A stretch of 64,000 nucleotides of DNA from a virus (lineage: Duplodnaviria > Caudoviricetes). Below are positions 30,301 through 39,463 of the stretch, piece after piece. Position 1 is the first letter of the stretch; each line of letters opens with the position of its first letter. The translations under genes were made by a program, and so were the position numbers. The stretch spans positions 32,001 to 96,000 of the IMG/VR virus record IMGVR_UViG_3300028591_000007. One strand, 5' to 3'. The notes beneath the pieces were generated by a model. It did no database searches. It was not told the origin of the DNA and saw nothing but the letters and a program-made list of their open reading frames with translations.

Positions 30301-33191
30301 ATATCATACATACAAGCAGCAACGCCTTCAAACAAAGCAAATAAAGTAGGTCTTATTACATTTGTATAAAGCCATCTTATAATAGTTCCAACTTCATAGA
30401 AAACATCTTTTAATGAATTGATAGCATGACCAACTTTACCACTAGTTGCAGCTTCATCAAATCCAAGTAATGCTCCAATAGTACTACCAATTTTTGTGAT
30501 AATATTATCGAGCATTGCGGCTAACATTTTTAAGAAGTTTCCAACACCACTTCCACCTTTAAATCTATTAAATATATCTGCTAATGACTCTGTTGAATTC
30601 CAAGCTTTCTTAGCTTTATCACCAATATTTTTGAAACCATCAGCAACATTCTTTAATACATTACCGCCATTTCCACTAAATAATCCTTTAAGTTTATTAA
30701 TTAAATCGCCTATTGTGTTAGCAATAAATGAAATAACTGGTCCTAAAAATCTTCTTAATACACCAACAAGATTAATTACAACTGACAATATCACCTGAAG
30801 AATAGTCTTTAATACTTCTCCAACAGTTGCCATTGCTTGTACTTGATCTACACCTTTTTCCCAACCAAAGAAAGCATCTGCTATACTAGCTAATAATTCA
30901 AGTATTGTACCAAATATACTATTGCCAGCTCCGAATAAAGTATCGAATATTGGTTTGATAATATTATTCCAGATACCAAGTATAGCTTTGCCAATTAACC
31001 TAAAGAATGATACAACACCTCTAAGTATTCTTGCTAATCTTTTTATTGTTTCTTCACTTGGTCTAATTTTATCAGTTAATTCTTTAAATCTTAAAGCGAT
31101 TGAATTTAATGCATCTTGTACAGTTTTGGATTGAGGTAAAAATTGTCCAATAACAGATCCAATAACTTTAATTAAAGTAGTAATAGGACTAAATAAGTTC
31201 TTTATACCTTGTGAAATGTTACGGAAGAATGATGTCTTGCCAAGATTTTCCATTAATCTATAAAATCTTAAACCATCATTTCTTAACTTTTCACTAAATG
31301 ATAATAATCTCTTACCGCCTATATTGTCTTCTGTAACCTGATCCCAACCTTCACGAAGATTAAATAATAATGACTTAAAACCAGCTCCAAAAGCATATAT
31401 ACCTTGAAACATTCTTGTACGACCATCTACAAAAATAGTATTTTCTAATGCTTCATTTAATGTTTCAAGTTCTTTTTTAACTTCTTCAATTCTTTTTTTA
31501 TCAGCCTTTGTAAGGTCTGTTTTAGCAGTAATAGCATTTAATTCATTTTCATATTTTGCTATCTGATCTTCGACAGCATAAGTAGTTGTCTTTTCACCAT
31601 TAAGAAATACCGTATTAATTTCAGTGTCAAGTCTATCGATTTCTTGACGTAAAAACTTCATTCGATCTATCTCAGCTTGAACTGGTGAAGATTTGCTCTC
31701 TAATGATTTTAATTCTTTCTGGTATTTATTCATTAATGCTTCGAGAGCACTTGAACCACCACTACGCCAGTATTCAAATACATCATTTAAATCCCAAAGT
31801 CTATTAACAAATATTTCATACAAACTATTTGCCAAATCTGTCCAAAGTGATCTAGCTTCATCATAGTCACCAAATATATTTGTATAAATAGTTGTCCATA
31901 CAGTACTTGCTGCATCCTTTGCGGATTCAATTGCTTCCCCAAAAGTCTTAGCTTCCTGTGCTGCAGAGAACGCTTTAATACCATAACTTGATACATATGT
32001 ATGCCAATCTTCTAGAGCATCTACAGCTGACTTTTCTGCATCCTGAAATGTTTCAGCATATTCTTTTAAATATTCTGCATAACCTTCCTGCTTAGCTTTC
32101 ATTTGCATTTCAGCCTGCTCTTCGGTAAGGTTATTCATTTTAGCATATTCTTTAACAGTTATATCTGTAACTTTTTCAACTTTCTTCCATTTTGATAACA
32201 GTTTATTTATTTGGTCATCATTAAGTTTAGTTTTTTTAAACTTACTAACTAAGTATTCATTATTCTTCTTAACTTCATTTACAGCTTCTGCAGTAGTGTT
32301 CAAAGAAACATAATTTCCTTGAGCATCCATATAAGATCCTTCTTCATAAATCTCTCGGATCTCGTCAACTGCTTCGGAATACTTTTTGTAAACCGTCATC
32401 ATTACATCAGTATTAAACCATTTACCTTGTGTTAATGACTCTGAGAAGTTCTGTAAACTAAAAGTAATTTTATTGTTTAATGCTGAAGTATAAGTTCCAT
32501 TTAAATTATCTTTAAGAGTTCCTACTGCAATAGCTGCTTCAATAGCATTCTCTCGGAACTCCTTTGTATCCATATTCAAGTTCTGAACAGACTTATAATC
32601 CTGTAATCTCATCTGTCCTGCACCAAGAGCCTGTGATAACTGATACATTGCTCTTGACGCTTCACCTGCATTCTTACCAGAAAGAGCTGCCCAGTTTGCA
32701 ATACCCATCATTGCAGTAGTAGCATCTTCAAGTTTCTGACCCGATGCAGTAAATTTACCGATTTCCCCAACCATCTTAGTAAATTCAAATGAGGTTTCGT
32801 CAGTAAAGTAATTTAATCGTTCAAGCTGTTCAGTAATTTTTTCCATTTCGTAACCCTGTGATTTCAGAGTTGCGACGGATGTTGTCATGTCAGCATATTT
32901 ACTCCAACCTGCTTGTAACTGACCAACAGTATTTTGTTGAAGGAAGTTAACTAACTTATTAGCTATATTATCTTTAATCTTATCAATCATTCTGTCGACG
33001 ATTGTATAAGCTTTATCTGCTACTTTTTGTACATTATCTGCAATAGCGTTTAATGAATCACTATTTGCAGCATCTTTAAATGATAACTTATCATTTAACT
33101 TATCTAATGTATCTAAAGTCGATTTTGATTTTTTCTCGAAATCATTCGAGTTAAATTTCATAGAGACTACTCTCTCATCTATATCGACCAT
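24363..33191 (-). CDS. Tape measure protein
   Basis: 2942 aa; IDERVVSMKF.N.DFE start, AMYQLSQAL..G...LQD tape-measure motif, hydrophobic central region, LGI.SPS motifs. Confidence 0.95.
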   Translation of the reverse strand: MVDIDERVVSMKFNSNDFEKKSKSTLDTLDKLNDKLSFKDAANSDSLNAIADNVQKVADKAYTIVDRMIDKIKDNIANKLVNFLQQNTVGQLQAGWSKYADMTTSVATLKSQGYEMEKITEQLERLNYFTDETSFEFTKMVGEIGKFTASGQKLEDATTAMMGIANWAALSGKNAGEASRAMYQLSQALGAGQMRLQDYKSVQNLNMDTKEFRENAIEAAIAVGTLKDNLNGTYTSALNNKITFSLQNFSESLTQGKWFNTDVMMTVYKKYSEAVDEIREIYEEGSYMDAQGNYVSLNTTAEAVNEVKKNNEYLVSKFKKTKLNDDQINKLLSKWKKVEKVTDITVKEYAKMNNLTEEQAEMQMKAKQEGYAEYLKEYAETFQDAEKSAVDALEDWHTYVSSYGIKAFSAAQEAKTFGEAIESAKDAASTVWTTIYTNIFGDYDEARSLWTDLANSLYEIFVNRLWDLNDVFEYWRSGGSSALEALMNKYQKELKSLESKSSPVQAEIDRMKFLRQEIDRLDTEINTVFLNGEKTTTYAVEDQIAKYENELNAITAKTDLTKADKKRIEEVKKELETLNEALENTIFVDGRTRMFQGIYAFGAGFKSLLFNLREGWDQVTEDNIGGKRLLSFSEKLRNDGLRFYRLMENLGKTSFFRNISQGIKNLFSPITTLIKVIGSVIGQFLPQSKTVQDALNSIALRFKELTDKIRPSEETIKRLARILRGVVSFFRLIGKAILGIWNNIIKPIFDTLFGAGNSIFGTILELLASIADAFFGWEKGVDQVQAMATVGEVLKTILQVILSVVINLVGVLRRFLGPVISFIANTIGDLINKLKGLFSGNGGNVLKNVADGFKNIGDKAKKAWNSTESLADIFNRFKGGSGVGNFLKMLAAMLDNIITKIGSTIGALLGFDEAATSGKVGHAINSLKDVFYEVGTIIRWLYTNVIRPTLFALFEGVAACMYDIGEAFKTGDILHILEVIGKSIKTIGALELFKVLRGIVKIIGSGGLLKVFRNTAKTIKQIGTYFKAQTMNAISTSLLKFAIAAGLVLGVLTAISFLPTQNLETLKNMLLGVAIALGVFLTALTLMTKFNHGAENIWDFFKADPLESAARMLFGLTAAIITTIGAIFLLRLAFNSLFDDVVDENGKKTGEKKLNVERLFSTILGTLAPILTIVSALWLIGKVLKKSGIVKHLAAVAAALVGIGASIMFLAIAIKTLTGVFVTNKKDTGLIWEAFGMLVALITVMTIVTIVMSRFLATSGNLKSGLAVAAGVVAMIAATVFIVMPMLDELVQNVDKFPQYMQAVLMVVTTILGIGASFYLLTAGANGKGGSLKILAAGLVFSNIVHVIKNFMIPMLQEISKIDNTSLLSSAASLGLLSLLIGIAIERILKGLSSLMGELRRINAKTWLTIILSMGAVIASIVVLSHIFEDQGKELSVGSVLLVLGTFLAIMVGFGVFAKMIVKTTKDDATARNDLVRLVNTLSIFIGVLTASFVGMLAAIKYMYEGNIGDALTVIGTMAVTILGILALSMLILSKAIKSISNSFRTAYMTNIDSILSVIVATFISIGGLIFLLTTSAIFIKLAYTDTLGYIGTISTVVIGTLLLIGGVFAALTIFFTKVSTSSYNENTFNILKLTFISLLILVGEITLSALYMRSIFRTEIGYIGMIATLIGSTLAAVGLILLFISKFINSVGNIKLNERQFATILSSLFLITVILGEVGLVLIPSLARLENISWEVIASTLLGIAAIIGIMMHTMAEVQKAGVSHHGGIKGLVASIIGLAANLLLLAFVVPKIFEAFNLLRGTELTEILGGLAAIIVPFYVLTTMISSFATAQVGHSFMMTSLEIAAGLAVMAAAFAAVAVGASMLKDVFGLGETTFSIFNQGWKKESKTKSPSKVMAQNGKYLAQGLNLGIKQSKSLITKTAVGMADLTNESFCDELGIASPSKVFYENGRFVVRGFINGMGDETNKNKSAGADMAEGFTEGMDDAIKKAQEGMKGIWDNLDIDEEAEKAGEGFFDSFFSKFLGDDGLTEEEQKKYDDLIKERNKLMDAWNKQNASLQQTNPQEWAKAQADYKDEITKTNEKLKGLAELETKIANKSAKGGSFADTLSSIFSGGLSDAFDNPDLKEKIDSGLSDIGGKITGFFGIDGDFASTLGNLFNGDGGIVDETISNAGDKIKELLPDEVKEAINNITKDGGIEKEASNLGDKIGQGIMMGISNVLTFGGGWVQDALDFLSGKGRAKQIYSGNQELINYFDKVLSQNDVNGKYSNFTNLLKLATTQNKNIALSAEDVVNIFKDYRDKIDSGKEVTFIELSQGLEDYASALLSSSYVHYKGEEEDAQNEILMPELEETFKNILKSYYNDSHEGIFTFESGKVNFTDEEMTEEFEKYKGVILKKLQSYGTLIDADGHILFDAINGSTEEFQKFYDYVASRGYIEEEANEKARTISTQIDGLLNKEGYTLTEKLTREQIEDLKTKFGNAFDPSTGLLSYNITQQTDLVTSILGYLRDISVGGIKVKDKDDLTTYETAQEIYYGLQNAYTNNDTSEIARWSNAKNVYRDEIKEAYDSLIKFMSSKEYTDLTKDQKLHWLSQKDFYETYFGDIVGTKKIQEYTQEIDDTITNATNKLSKDKDKKFLNVGSTTPEQQAALERIKEREAEEAKKEEEREKELIEAKKRGAEALEKATFDIATRDIREDWTKTHGKYSTLSDKDMSVFKDFMDSTNLKYDAKEIFRLFQLGMDEGWLSIDKDGKLKAAQVTYDMIQTIRQALGIKSPSTEAISIMDYFMQGFNIGIDENISSVLSTLTDATDLMTDTTKLGLQAMVDSLDDDTIQPTITPILDDTSIQNGVKGVNTALNNFMPTAQATLNSFKDDTPNYNGSFADLSNKVATLTTVVNSFMQMVAEGDIIDININTEADTNNIYETVVNMNRQKFRQTGKNPLAY

Positions 33192-33213
33192 GTTAAGTTT
33201 CCTCCCTTCTTAA

Positions 33214-33603
33214 TTAATCATTAGTACTATATTCTTGCCAAACTTTTTCAGCCATTTCATTAAATATTGGAGCTAATGCTGGATTAATGTAGTCTATACC
33301 TTCCACCCATGTACCTTGTGCAGTACCATGCCCCAATTGTATAAATAGTGCAACATTAAACCATTCATCTTCGAGGTTACTATTACACCAAATTATCTTG
33401 TAAACACCTTTACCTTCTTCTACAATGTCATAATACCATGATTCAGCAGTAACTCCAGTAAGAACAGGTGTGGCATTCTTAAGGGCTTCCACTCCACGCT
33501 GTCCATATTTACGCAATGTGCTCATATATGGTCTAGGTTTTCCGACTTTTATAAGCCAATCCCTGGTTTTTGTCCACTTGCCCTTACTGGTATACTGTAT
33601 CAT
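33214..33603 (-). CDS. Neck/tail completion protein (HK97 gp10-like)
   Basis: G..GV.AL..ATP..TG.TA.SW.Y..QLGHGT..G.DYINPA. Confidence 0.75.
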   Translation of the reverse strand: MIQYTSKGKWTKTRDWLIKVGKPRPYMSTLRKYGQRGVEALKNATPVLTGVTAESWYYDIVEEGKGVYKIIWCNSNLEDEWFNVALFIQLGHGTAQGTWVEGIDYINPALAPIFNEMAEKVWQEYSTND

Positions 33604-33608
33604 AATTA

Positions 33609-34235
33609 TTATCCTTTCTTGCCGAGTCTTTTTAGTCGCTCTTCATTGATTCTTGCATAGTCTTGTGCAACTTCATATGGTTTCTGTGTCTTCTTCTTAT
33701 CATCTGGAGTATTATCATAGTTAATTACTTGTATAACATTCATTAATCTATTAATATTCCAATATTCAGATTCTATCGGCATTTGTAATTCAGCAATCCA
33801 AGCATAAATCCTATCACTAGTCATTTTGATTGAATCTGTTTTTTTCTTTTTGCTTTCTTTGGTTTCAGGTATATGTGTTAATGCAGTTTGTGAATCTTGC
33901 AGATACTCCGTTATTTTCTGATAATCTTTTTCTTTGAATCCATAAAGTATTTTATCATCTACGTCTTCTACACATAATACTTTTTTACCATCTATGTGAG
34001 TAATCATACACTTAATGAAATAAAACATCTCATCTTGTGTTTTTTCTGATTGTTTCTTTTTAATCGAATCACTTGCTCTAGAATCGGGGAACCAAGGTTT
34101 TTTATATTTCTTCTCCCATTCAGCAATTGCAAAAAGAGAATTTTCCATATGAAGTTTGACGCTTTGATCTATTGATATAAACTTTTCAGTTGATTCATCA
34201 AAAGCGCCGTAAGCTTCGACTGTGATTGTTATCAT
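33609..34235 (-). CDS. Tail assembly chaperone-like protein
   Basis: E.SL..I..WE.KYKKP, W.INRL, N..R...LG..G; before tape measure. Confidence 0.65.
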   Translation of the reverse strand: MITITVEAYGAFDESTEKFISIDQSVKLHMENSLFAIAEWEKKYKKPWFPDSRASDSIKKKQSEKTQDEMFYFIKCMITHIDGKKVLCVEDVDDKILYGFKEKDYQKITEYLQDSQTALTHIPETKESKKKKTDSIKMTSDRIYAWIAELQMPIESEYWNINRLMNVIQVINYDNTPDDKKKTQKPYEVAQDYARINEERLKRLGKKG

Positions 34236-34699
34236 TTATTGACTTCCTGATCTTTAATAGCCTCAGCAAGAATTTCAGGCATCTCTACTTTGCCTTCAGC
34301 CTCAGCCTTAGCAATATTTGCCTGTACGTCATTAGGAAGTACCTTCCTTAAGAAATCTGAGAACTTATCAGCAGCTGTCTCGTCACCGGTAAGCTCATCG
34401 AATAATGCTTCATATGCTGCAGAATACTGGAAAGCTTCTCTTACTTTTGCATTCTTTACAAATCTCTCACCATCTTCAGACTTCTCTCCGTATGATGTAA
34501 GAACAAGATCCTCAACAGTCTCAAGAAGTCTTCTCATATCCTGCTTGTTCATGATAATATTAAATCTTCCTGACAGACCGCCATCTTCCTGATACTTTGC
34601 ATTAAGTGTCTGAATATCTTTCTTTGATAAATAGAAGAAAAACTCCTGTGTTCTTGCATTGTCATTGTAATCAGTGTATTTAATTATTTTCTTTAACAT
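34232..34699 (-). CDS. Tail assembly chaperone
   Basis: MLKK.I.YTDYN...F.F.L..SYGEKSEDG.RF.K..F..S.AY; follows major tail genes. Confidence 0.75.
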   Translation of the reverse strand: MLKKIIKYTDYNDNARTQEFFFYLSKKDIQTLNAKYQEDGGLSGRFNIIMNKQDMRRLLETVEDLVLTSYGEKSEDGERFVKNAKVREAFQYSAAYEALFDELTGDETAADKFSDFLRKVLPNDVQANIAKAEAEGKVEMPEILAEAIKDQEVNK

Positions 34700-34774
34700 A
34701 ATATTATCTCCTTTGTCTCCTTTTTTGGGAATTTCTTTATTTTATGCCCAAAATAATGTTCAATTTCAAGTGAA

Positions 34775-34816
34775 AAAAATTATAGAGGGAGACCATAATT
34801 TACAGCTCCCCCTATA
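34775..34816 (-). terminator. Intrinsic terminator
   Basis: TATAGGGGGAGC...TCTCCCTCTATA followed by T-run. Confidence 0.65.
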
Positions 34817-34835
34817 ACTATTATTTAATTTTTTA

Positions 34836-35573
34836 TTACGGATGTACGGGCCATGTGCCAGTCTTACAGAACTTAATTAAGTCAGTAAGCGAAGGCATTG
34901 TAGGTATTCCGTTTGTCTTTCCGTATAACTTATCTTCAACTGCTGCGCAGAGAGGATTAAGTATAGGAGTCTGTCCAGGAATAATTATCTTGCTTGTGAT
35001 AAATACATGTGCACAAGGCTGAATAGCCATCTCTTTAGTTCTACCACCATCAAGATATATCTTTTCACTGGTCTGAGGAGGAATTGAACTAACTTCCCAG
35101 CTAAATTCCTGTGCCTCAGGTGAATCGTTCTGTGTAGCGTGATCCATTTCCGAAGGAGCTGCACTTAAGCCCCAAGCAAGATGAAGTTTATATGCAAACT
35201 TGTCACCAACTGCATCATTACCGATAAGTGATCTCCAAGAAAATGCAAACTTCTTTCTTGACTGCTGTCCGATGAATGCTTTGATACCACTAGCTTTTAC
35301 ATTACCCATACAAGCATTGAACTCTTCAGGATATGTATAAGCTTTGATAGTACCCTTCCAGTCTTCTTTTGAAATCAGAGAAAGGTACTTCATATTGTCA
35401 GCATAAGTATCATTCGCATCAGCGCCTTCGGGTGACTCGGTAACACCAGTAAGACCGTTCCAAGCTACACCTGTTCCGTAGCTGCTATCTGAATTCATGA
35501 TGTAAAGAGCACCCTTATCAACACCAGTCTCAAAGAGTCTCTCGCCATCAGCATCCCAATTTAAAGCTGCCAT
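34836..35573 (-). CDS. Major tail protein, copy 2
   Basis: WD..ER.FETGVD.G..GVAWNGLT.VTESP.G....YADN.KY. Confidence 0.9.
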   Translation of the reverse strand: MAALNWDADGERLFETGVDKGALYIMNSDSSYGTGVAWNGLTGVTESPEGADANDTYADNMKYLSLISKEDWKGTIKAYTYPEEFNACMGNVKASGIKAFIGQQSRKKFAFSWRSLIGNDAVGDKFAYKLHLAWGLSAAPSEMDHATQNDSPEAQEFSWEVSSIPPQTSEKIYLDGGRTKEMAIQPCAHVFITSKIIIPGQTPILNPLCAAVEDKLYGKTNGIPTMPSLTDLIKFCKTGTWPVHP

Positions 35574-35591
35574 GTTATCTTTCTCCTTTCA

Positions 35592-36314
35592 TTATGATAT
35601 TGCTGTAATAAGATCATCGGGTAAAGGAAGACTAGGTATTACTTCATCTGTTCCAGTTGTTTCATCTTCATCTACACCAAATAATATCTTTTCAAGTTTT
35701 GCGTATGCTGTAGCATTATCTCTACTATCAACAACGATATGTGCAACCGGTGCAAGTTTCTCATTTGGATTCTCGGGATCTACGGTTGTCTTGAATGCCT
35801 CAGGTATTGAGTTAAGTTCCCAGCTATACTCTGTTGCTTCAGGTGAATCATTAACTGTAGCATGATCCTTCTCAGAAGGTGCTGCAGAAAGTCCATAAGC
35901 AACATGAAGCTTGTAACCGTAAGCATCACCCTCAGTTGCATTACCAACTATTGTTCTCCAAGCGAGACCAAACTTAGCATGTGTCTGCTGTCCAAAGAAT
36001 ATGCCTCTAGTGCTTCCATCGTTATACTCGTATTCACCCTGGCAAGGATTGAATTCTGAAGGCCATGTATATGCTTTAATAGTACCCTTCCAGTTCTCAA
36101 CAGAGATCAGAGAGAGGTATTTCATATTGTCAGCATATATATCATTAGCGTCAGCACCTTCAGGACTTTCAGTAACACCTGTAACACCATTCCAAGCATA
36201 GCCCTTGGGATACGGGTTAGTAGGATCACTAGAGTTCATAGGGAAAAGAGCTACTTTGTCGACACCAGTCTCATAAAGACGTTTTGAGGCTTCATCCCAT
36301 ATTAATTCTGACAT
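35592..36314 (-). CDS. Major tail protein, copy 1
   Basis: Same motifs; clear paralog of the adjacent gene. Confidence 0.9.
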   Translation of the reverse strand: MSELIWDEASKRLYETGVDKVALFPMNSSDPTNPYPKGYAWNGVTGVTESPEGADANDIYADNMKYLSLISVENWKGTIKAYTWPSEFNPCQGEYEYNDGSTRGIFFGQQTHAKFGLAWRTIVGNATEGDAYGYKLHVAYGLSAAPSEKDHATVNDSPEATEYSWELNSIPEAFKTTVDPENPNEKLAPVAHIVVDSRDNATAYAKLEKILFGVDEDETTGTDEVIPSLPLPDDLITAIS

Positions 36315-36337
36315 GCCTTTTTCCTCCTTTTAATTTT

Positions 36338-36655
36338 TTAATAATATATTGTGTAAGGATGGTGATACAAATTATCTTTACCATAAGGTTTACCATGCCT
36401 ACACTTTGGCAATGTTGCCAATGTATATACTAACTCATCATCTGCTTCTCTTGTAATATATCTCATACTATAAGGTATATGCAAGAGATAAGACATGTTG
36501 TCAGCATATTGTGGTTTTAAAGCATCCAGTGCATAAATTATACAAGGATACTTTATTTTTTGAGATTCAGGCGGTTGAAAGTATACATTTGGACATAATG
36601 TCAAAAGAAACTGATGAAAGTCTTCTCTATTCTTCACTAGTGCCATTATACTCAC
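36338..36655 (-). CDS. Tail terminator/completion protein
   Basis: NVYFQPP....YPCIIY, DNLYH..Y.IYY. Confidence 0.75.
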   Translation of the reverse strand: MSIMALVKNREDFHQFLLTLCPNVYFQPPESQKIKYPCIIYALDALKPQYADNMSYLLHIPYSMRYITREADDELVYTLATLPKCRHGKPYGKDNLYHHPYTIYY

Positions 36656-36971
36656 CTCCCAAACTCACTATGAGTCTTGGTCTTTGTATGTCAACAGAAG
36701 TTACTTTCCATTTAATACCCAAAAACTCACAGTAAATAATAGAATTCAGATGAGATATGGTAAACGCATCACAAGCTATCATACTTAACTTGTTAGTTAT
36801 CTTGTAATCATCATTAATACTTTCGCCTGGTTGGTTCCTGTATCCATATGACATTACATCTGCTTTGTAAGTACGTTCTTCAATTCTCTCTTTAAATACA
36901 CCATTAGGTCTACCTTGAGAATCTTTTTGTTCTTCTGTAAAACGAAAACCTACTTTTGAACAGTATCTCAT
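36627..36971 (-). CDS. Head closure (stopper) protein
   Basis: G.KWKVTSV..QRPRL....GG.YNG; follows capsid gene. Confidence 0.75.
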   Translation of the reverse strand: MRYCSKVGFRFTEEQKDSQGRPNGVFKERIEERTYKADVMSYGYRNQPGESINDDYKITNKLSMIACDAFTISHLNSIIYCEFLGIKWKVTSVDIQRPRLIVSLGGEYNGTSEE

Positions 36972-36995
36972 ATCTCATCCTCCTTTCTAAGAATT

Positions 36996-37024
36996 AGAGG
37001 ACACCTAGTTTCCTAGATGCCCCC
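36996..37024 (-). terminator. Terminator hairpin after capsid gene
   Basis: GGGGCATCTAGGAAACTAGGTGTCCTC. Confidence 0.65.
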
Positions 37025-37060
37025 ATTTTGATTACGAACACTTATACTTATTGATCAATC

Positions 37061-39439
37061 TCACTGAGCAAGAAGCTTAAGTCCGCTGAATGAGAAGGTT
37101 CTTGTGATAATGTCACCGTTAAGTGAGCAATTAACTCTGAGCTTCTCCTTTGTAGACTTAACATAGATAACAGCATTCATATCCTGATCAAGGGTAACGA
37201 TTCTAGTGTCGTCAACACCACCGATTGTCTGGATAGTAACTGTTGCTCCATCAGATGCATCGAACTTAAGAGCAAGGTAATGACCTTCCTGAAGCTCAGG
37301 ATTGTCAGAGTACTGAGTATAGCCAGTAACATAGTTAAGGATACCCTGTACAGAGTTATCATTAACATATACGTTCTCCTGAAGCTCAGATACCTGCTTA
37401 CCAAGAACAACAGTAGTGCTGTCTTCAGCCTGTACATCAAGTGTAAGGTTGTAAACGAACTCATAAGCTACTGCTGAGTAAGGAAGAACAAGAGCTCCTG
37501 AGAATCTTGACTCCATCAGGTACTTCTGCTGGTTGAAGTCGATATCGAAATCATCGAAGAAGCTAAGCTCGCCGCCCTTATCACGACCTGTACGGTAATC
37601 GTTAAGATTAACAAGAATAGCTGCAAGATACTTAGTATCGCCATTGTCAACTCTCATAAGACCATCGAAGATCGGAACTTCAACGATCTTGTTAACACGA
37701 AGAGTATTCTTAAGCTTGCTAATATCATCATAGATAAGACGTCCAGTCTCATCCTCGATAAGCAGCATGTCAGCAAGAAGGTCTTCCTGAATAAACAGAG
37801 TAGGATTACCTGAACCTCTGTAAAGCTTTCTTGACTTAACAAGGTTCTTGATGAATGCCTTAGCACGAGCCTGATCAGTTGTAGCAGTAGTAACAGCGAT
37901 TGCTCTCTTAACTGTGAAGAGGTCATCATCTGTCCAGATAGGTCTGATGTTAGCTTCCTTGATCTTCTCAGGTGAAAGAGGATTACGTCCATCACCAACA
38001 AGGATTGCACGAGCACATTCCTCATCGTACATAATTCTCATTTCTGCCTTGATGTACTCGATAACTGAGAAGTCAGTAATATCGATAATATCATCACGAT
38101 CGATTCTCTGCTTCTTGTAAACAGTAGTAGGAGTAGTCTCTCTCTTTAACAGAGTGAATACTTCCTCTGCCTTACGGTTACCCTTGATGTAACCCTTAGC
38201 ACGAGCTTCATCCTCAGTGATGTCTGCAAAGATAGTCTTTACACGGCTGAAAGGTGACTGACGTACGCCAGAAAGTACCTCGTTAACCCACTCAGTTCTT
38301 CTCTTGATGAACTCGGGCTGTGTGGTATAATTCTTTGCATTGGGGAACAGGTAATCGATATTATCGATACCATAATCGGCACTGTGTGCCATAACTGAAT
38401 CCTTAAGTGATCCAAACTTAACTGCATCGGCCATCATCTCGCTGCACATTTCAGCTGAGTGAATAAGAACGTCGTTCTGTGCCTGATTCTCAAATAAATT
38501 GTGTGTCATGTCTTTTTTCTCCTTATTATTATTTTTGTTGTTTGTTTCGTCCTCGTATTCATCCTTATCTTCTACATCTTCATCATCTGCATCGTCATCG
38601 GATTCATCGTCGAGGTCTTCATCATCGTCATCATCTTCTTCATCTTCTTCTTTGTCATCATCTTCGTCGGTTTTATCGCTCGAATGGAATAATGAGAAGC
38701 TGTGAGAACATGATTTCTTTTTATCCTCATCTTCATCATCTTCTGAAGATTTTGAATGCTCTAACTCTGATTCTTCATCCTCGTCATCGTCATCGGGGTC
38801 TTCATCATCGTCAGGATCTTCTTTATCTTCGTCGTCTTTTGAAGAATGGGAAACACTTTTTGCTGCATCTTCTGCCGCCATACCCATCATGATGAGCATA
38901 AGCTTTTTCTGGTCTTCTGTCATAGATTCAAGAACAGCTTCTTTATCAAACTCTTCATCATCATCAAGACCGCTATGCTCGATAGGATTTTCATCACCAG
39001 AGTATACAATAATACCATCTTCATCATCACTAGCATCTGCTGCATGTGCTAATACCGTATCGATAAATGCACCCTTGTTAGCGCCAGCAAGGACGAGTGA
39101 TACTTCACGAATGATACCATGTATTACATTATGGCCAACTTCTTTGAGCTTATTAGCATAAATCGAGAGAGACTTCATGCTGCCATTCTTGATAAGACTT
39201 AACGCATGTTGTGCATTAGGTGAATCTTTATCAATGTAACCATAACAGTATACGCCCTCATCACGATTCTCTAAAACACAATGGCCAAGAACATTACCGA
39301 TATCTTTGTGATCATGATTGTATACCAACGGTACTGTTACACCGTTCTGCTCCTTGAATGCATCCCTTTTGATAACACGACCATCATCGCAAAGTATGTC
39401 ATTCTTCGTCGCCCAACCACTAAAATCGTAGTCCTTCAT
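37061..39439 (-). CDS. Prohead protease - acidic scaffold - major capsid fusion with C-terminal extra domain
   Basis: YDFSGWAT..C.DGR.I, VPLV.NH.H, LSIYAN, IREVSLVLAGAN protease; D/E-rich linker; HK97-like capsid (YKKQ.IDRDD..DITDF, FDDFDIDFNQ.KYL.E.R.SGAL). Confidence 0.92.
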   Translation of the reverse strand: MKDYDFSGWATKNDILCDDGRVIKRDAFKEQNGVTVPLVYNHDHKDIGNVLGHCVLENRDEGVYCYGYIDKDSPNAQHALSLIKNGSMKSLSIYANKLKEVGHNVIHGIIREVSLVLAGANKGAFIDTVLAHAADASDDEDGIIVYSGDENPIEHSGLDDDEEFDKEAVLESMTEDQKKLMLIMMGMAAEDAAKSVSHSSKDDEDKEDPDDDEDPDDDDEDEESELEHSKSSEDDEDEDKKKSCSHSFSLFHSSDKTDEDDDKEEDEEDDDDDEDLDDESDDDADDEDVEDKDEYEDETNNKNNNKEKKDMTHNLFENQAQNDVLIHSAEMCSEMMADAVKFGSLKDSVMAHSADYGIDNIDYLFPNAKNYTTQPEFIKRRTEWVNEVLSGVRQSPFSRVKTIFADITEDEARAKGYIKGNRKAEEVFTLLKRETTPTTVYKKQRIDRDDIIDITDFSVIEYIKAEMRIMYDEECARAILVGDGRNPLSPEKIKEANIRPIWTDDDLFTVKRAIAVTTATTDQARAKAFIKNLVKSRKLYRGSGNPTLFIQEDLLADMLLIEDETGRLIYDDISKLKNTLRVNKIVEVPIFDGLMRVDNGDTKYLAAILVNLNDYRTGRDKGGELSFFDDFDIDFNQQKYLMESRFSGALVLPYSAVAYEFVYNLTLDVQAEDSTTVVLGKQVSELQENVYVNDNSVQGILNYVTGYTQYSDNPELQEGHYLALKFDASDGATVTIQTIGGVDDTRIVTLDQDMNAVIYVKSTKEKLRVNCSLNGDIITRTFSFSGLKLLAQ

Positions 39440-39463
39440 TGGTTTTCTCCTCTCGTAATATTT

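Noticed and set aside
33609-34699. Programmed frameshift joining the tail chaperones
   Set aside because: Second ORF has its own ATG overlapping the first stop; no convincing slippery heptamer seen (not excluded)
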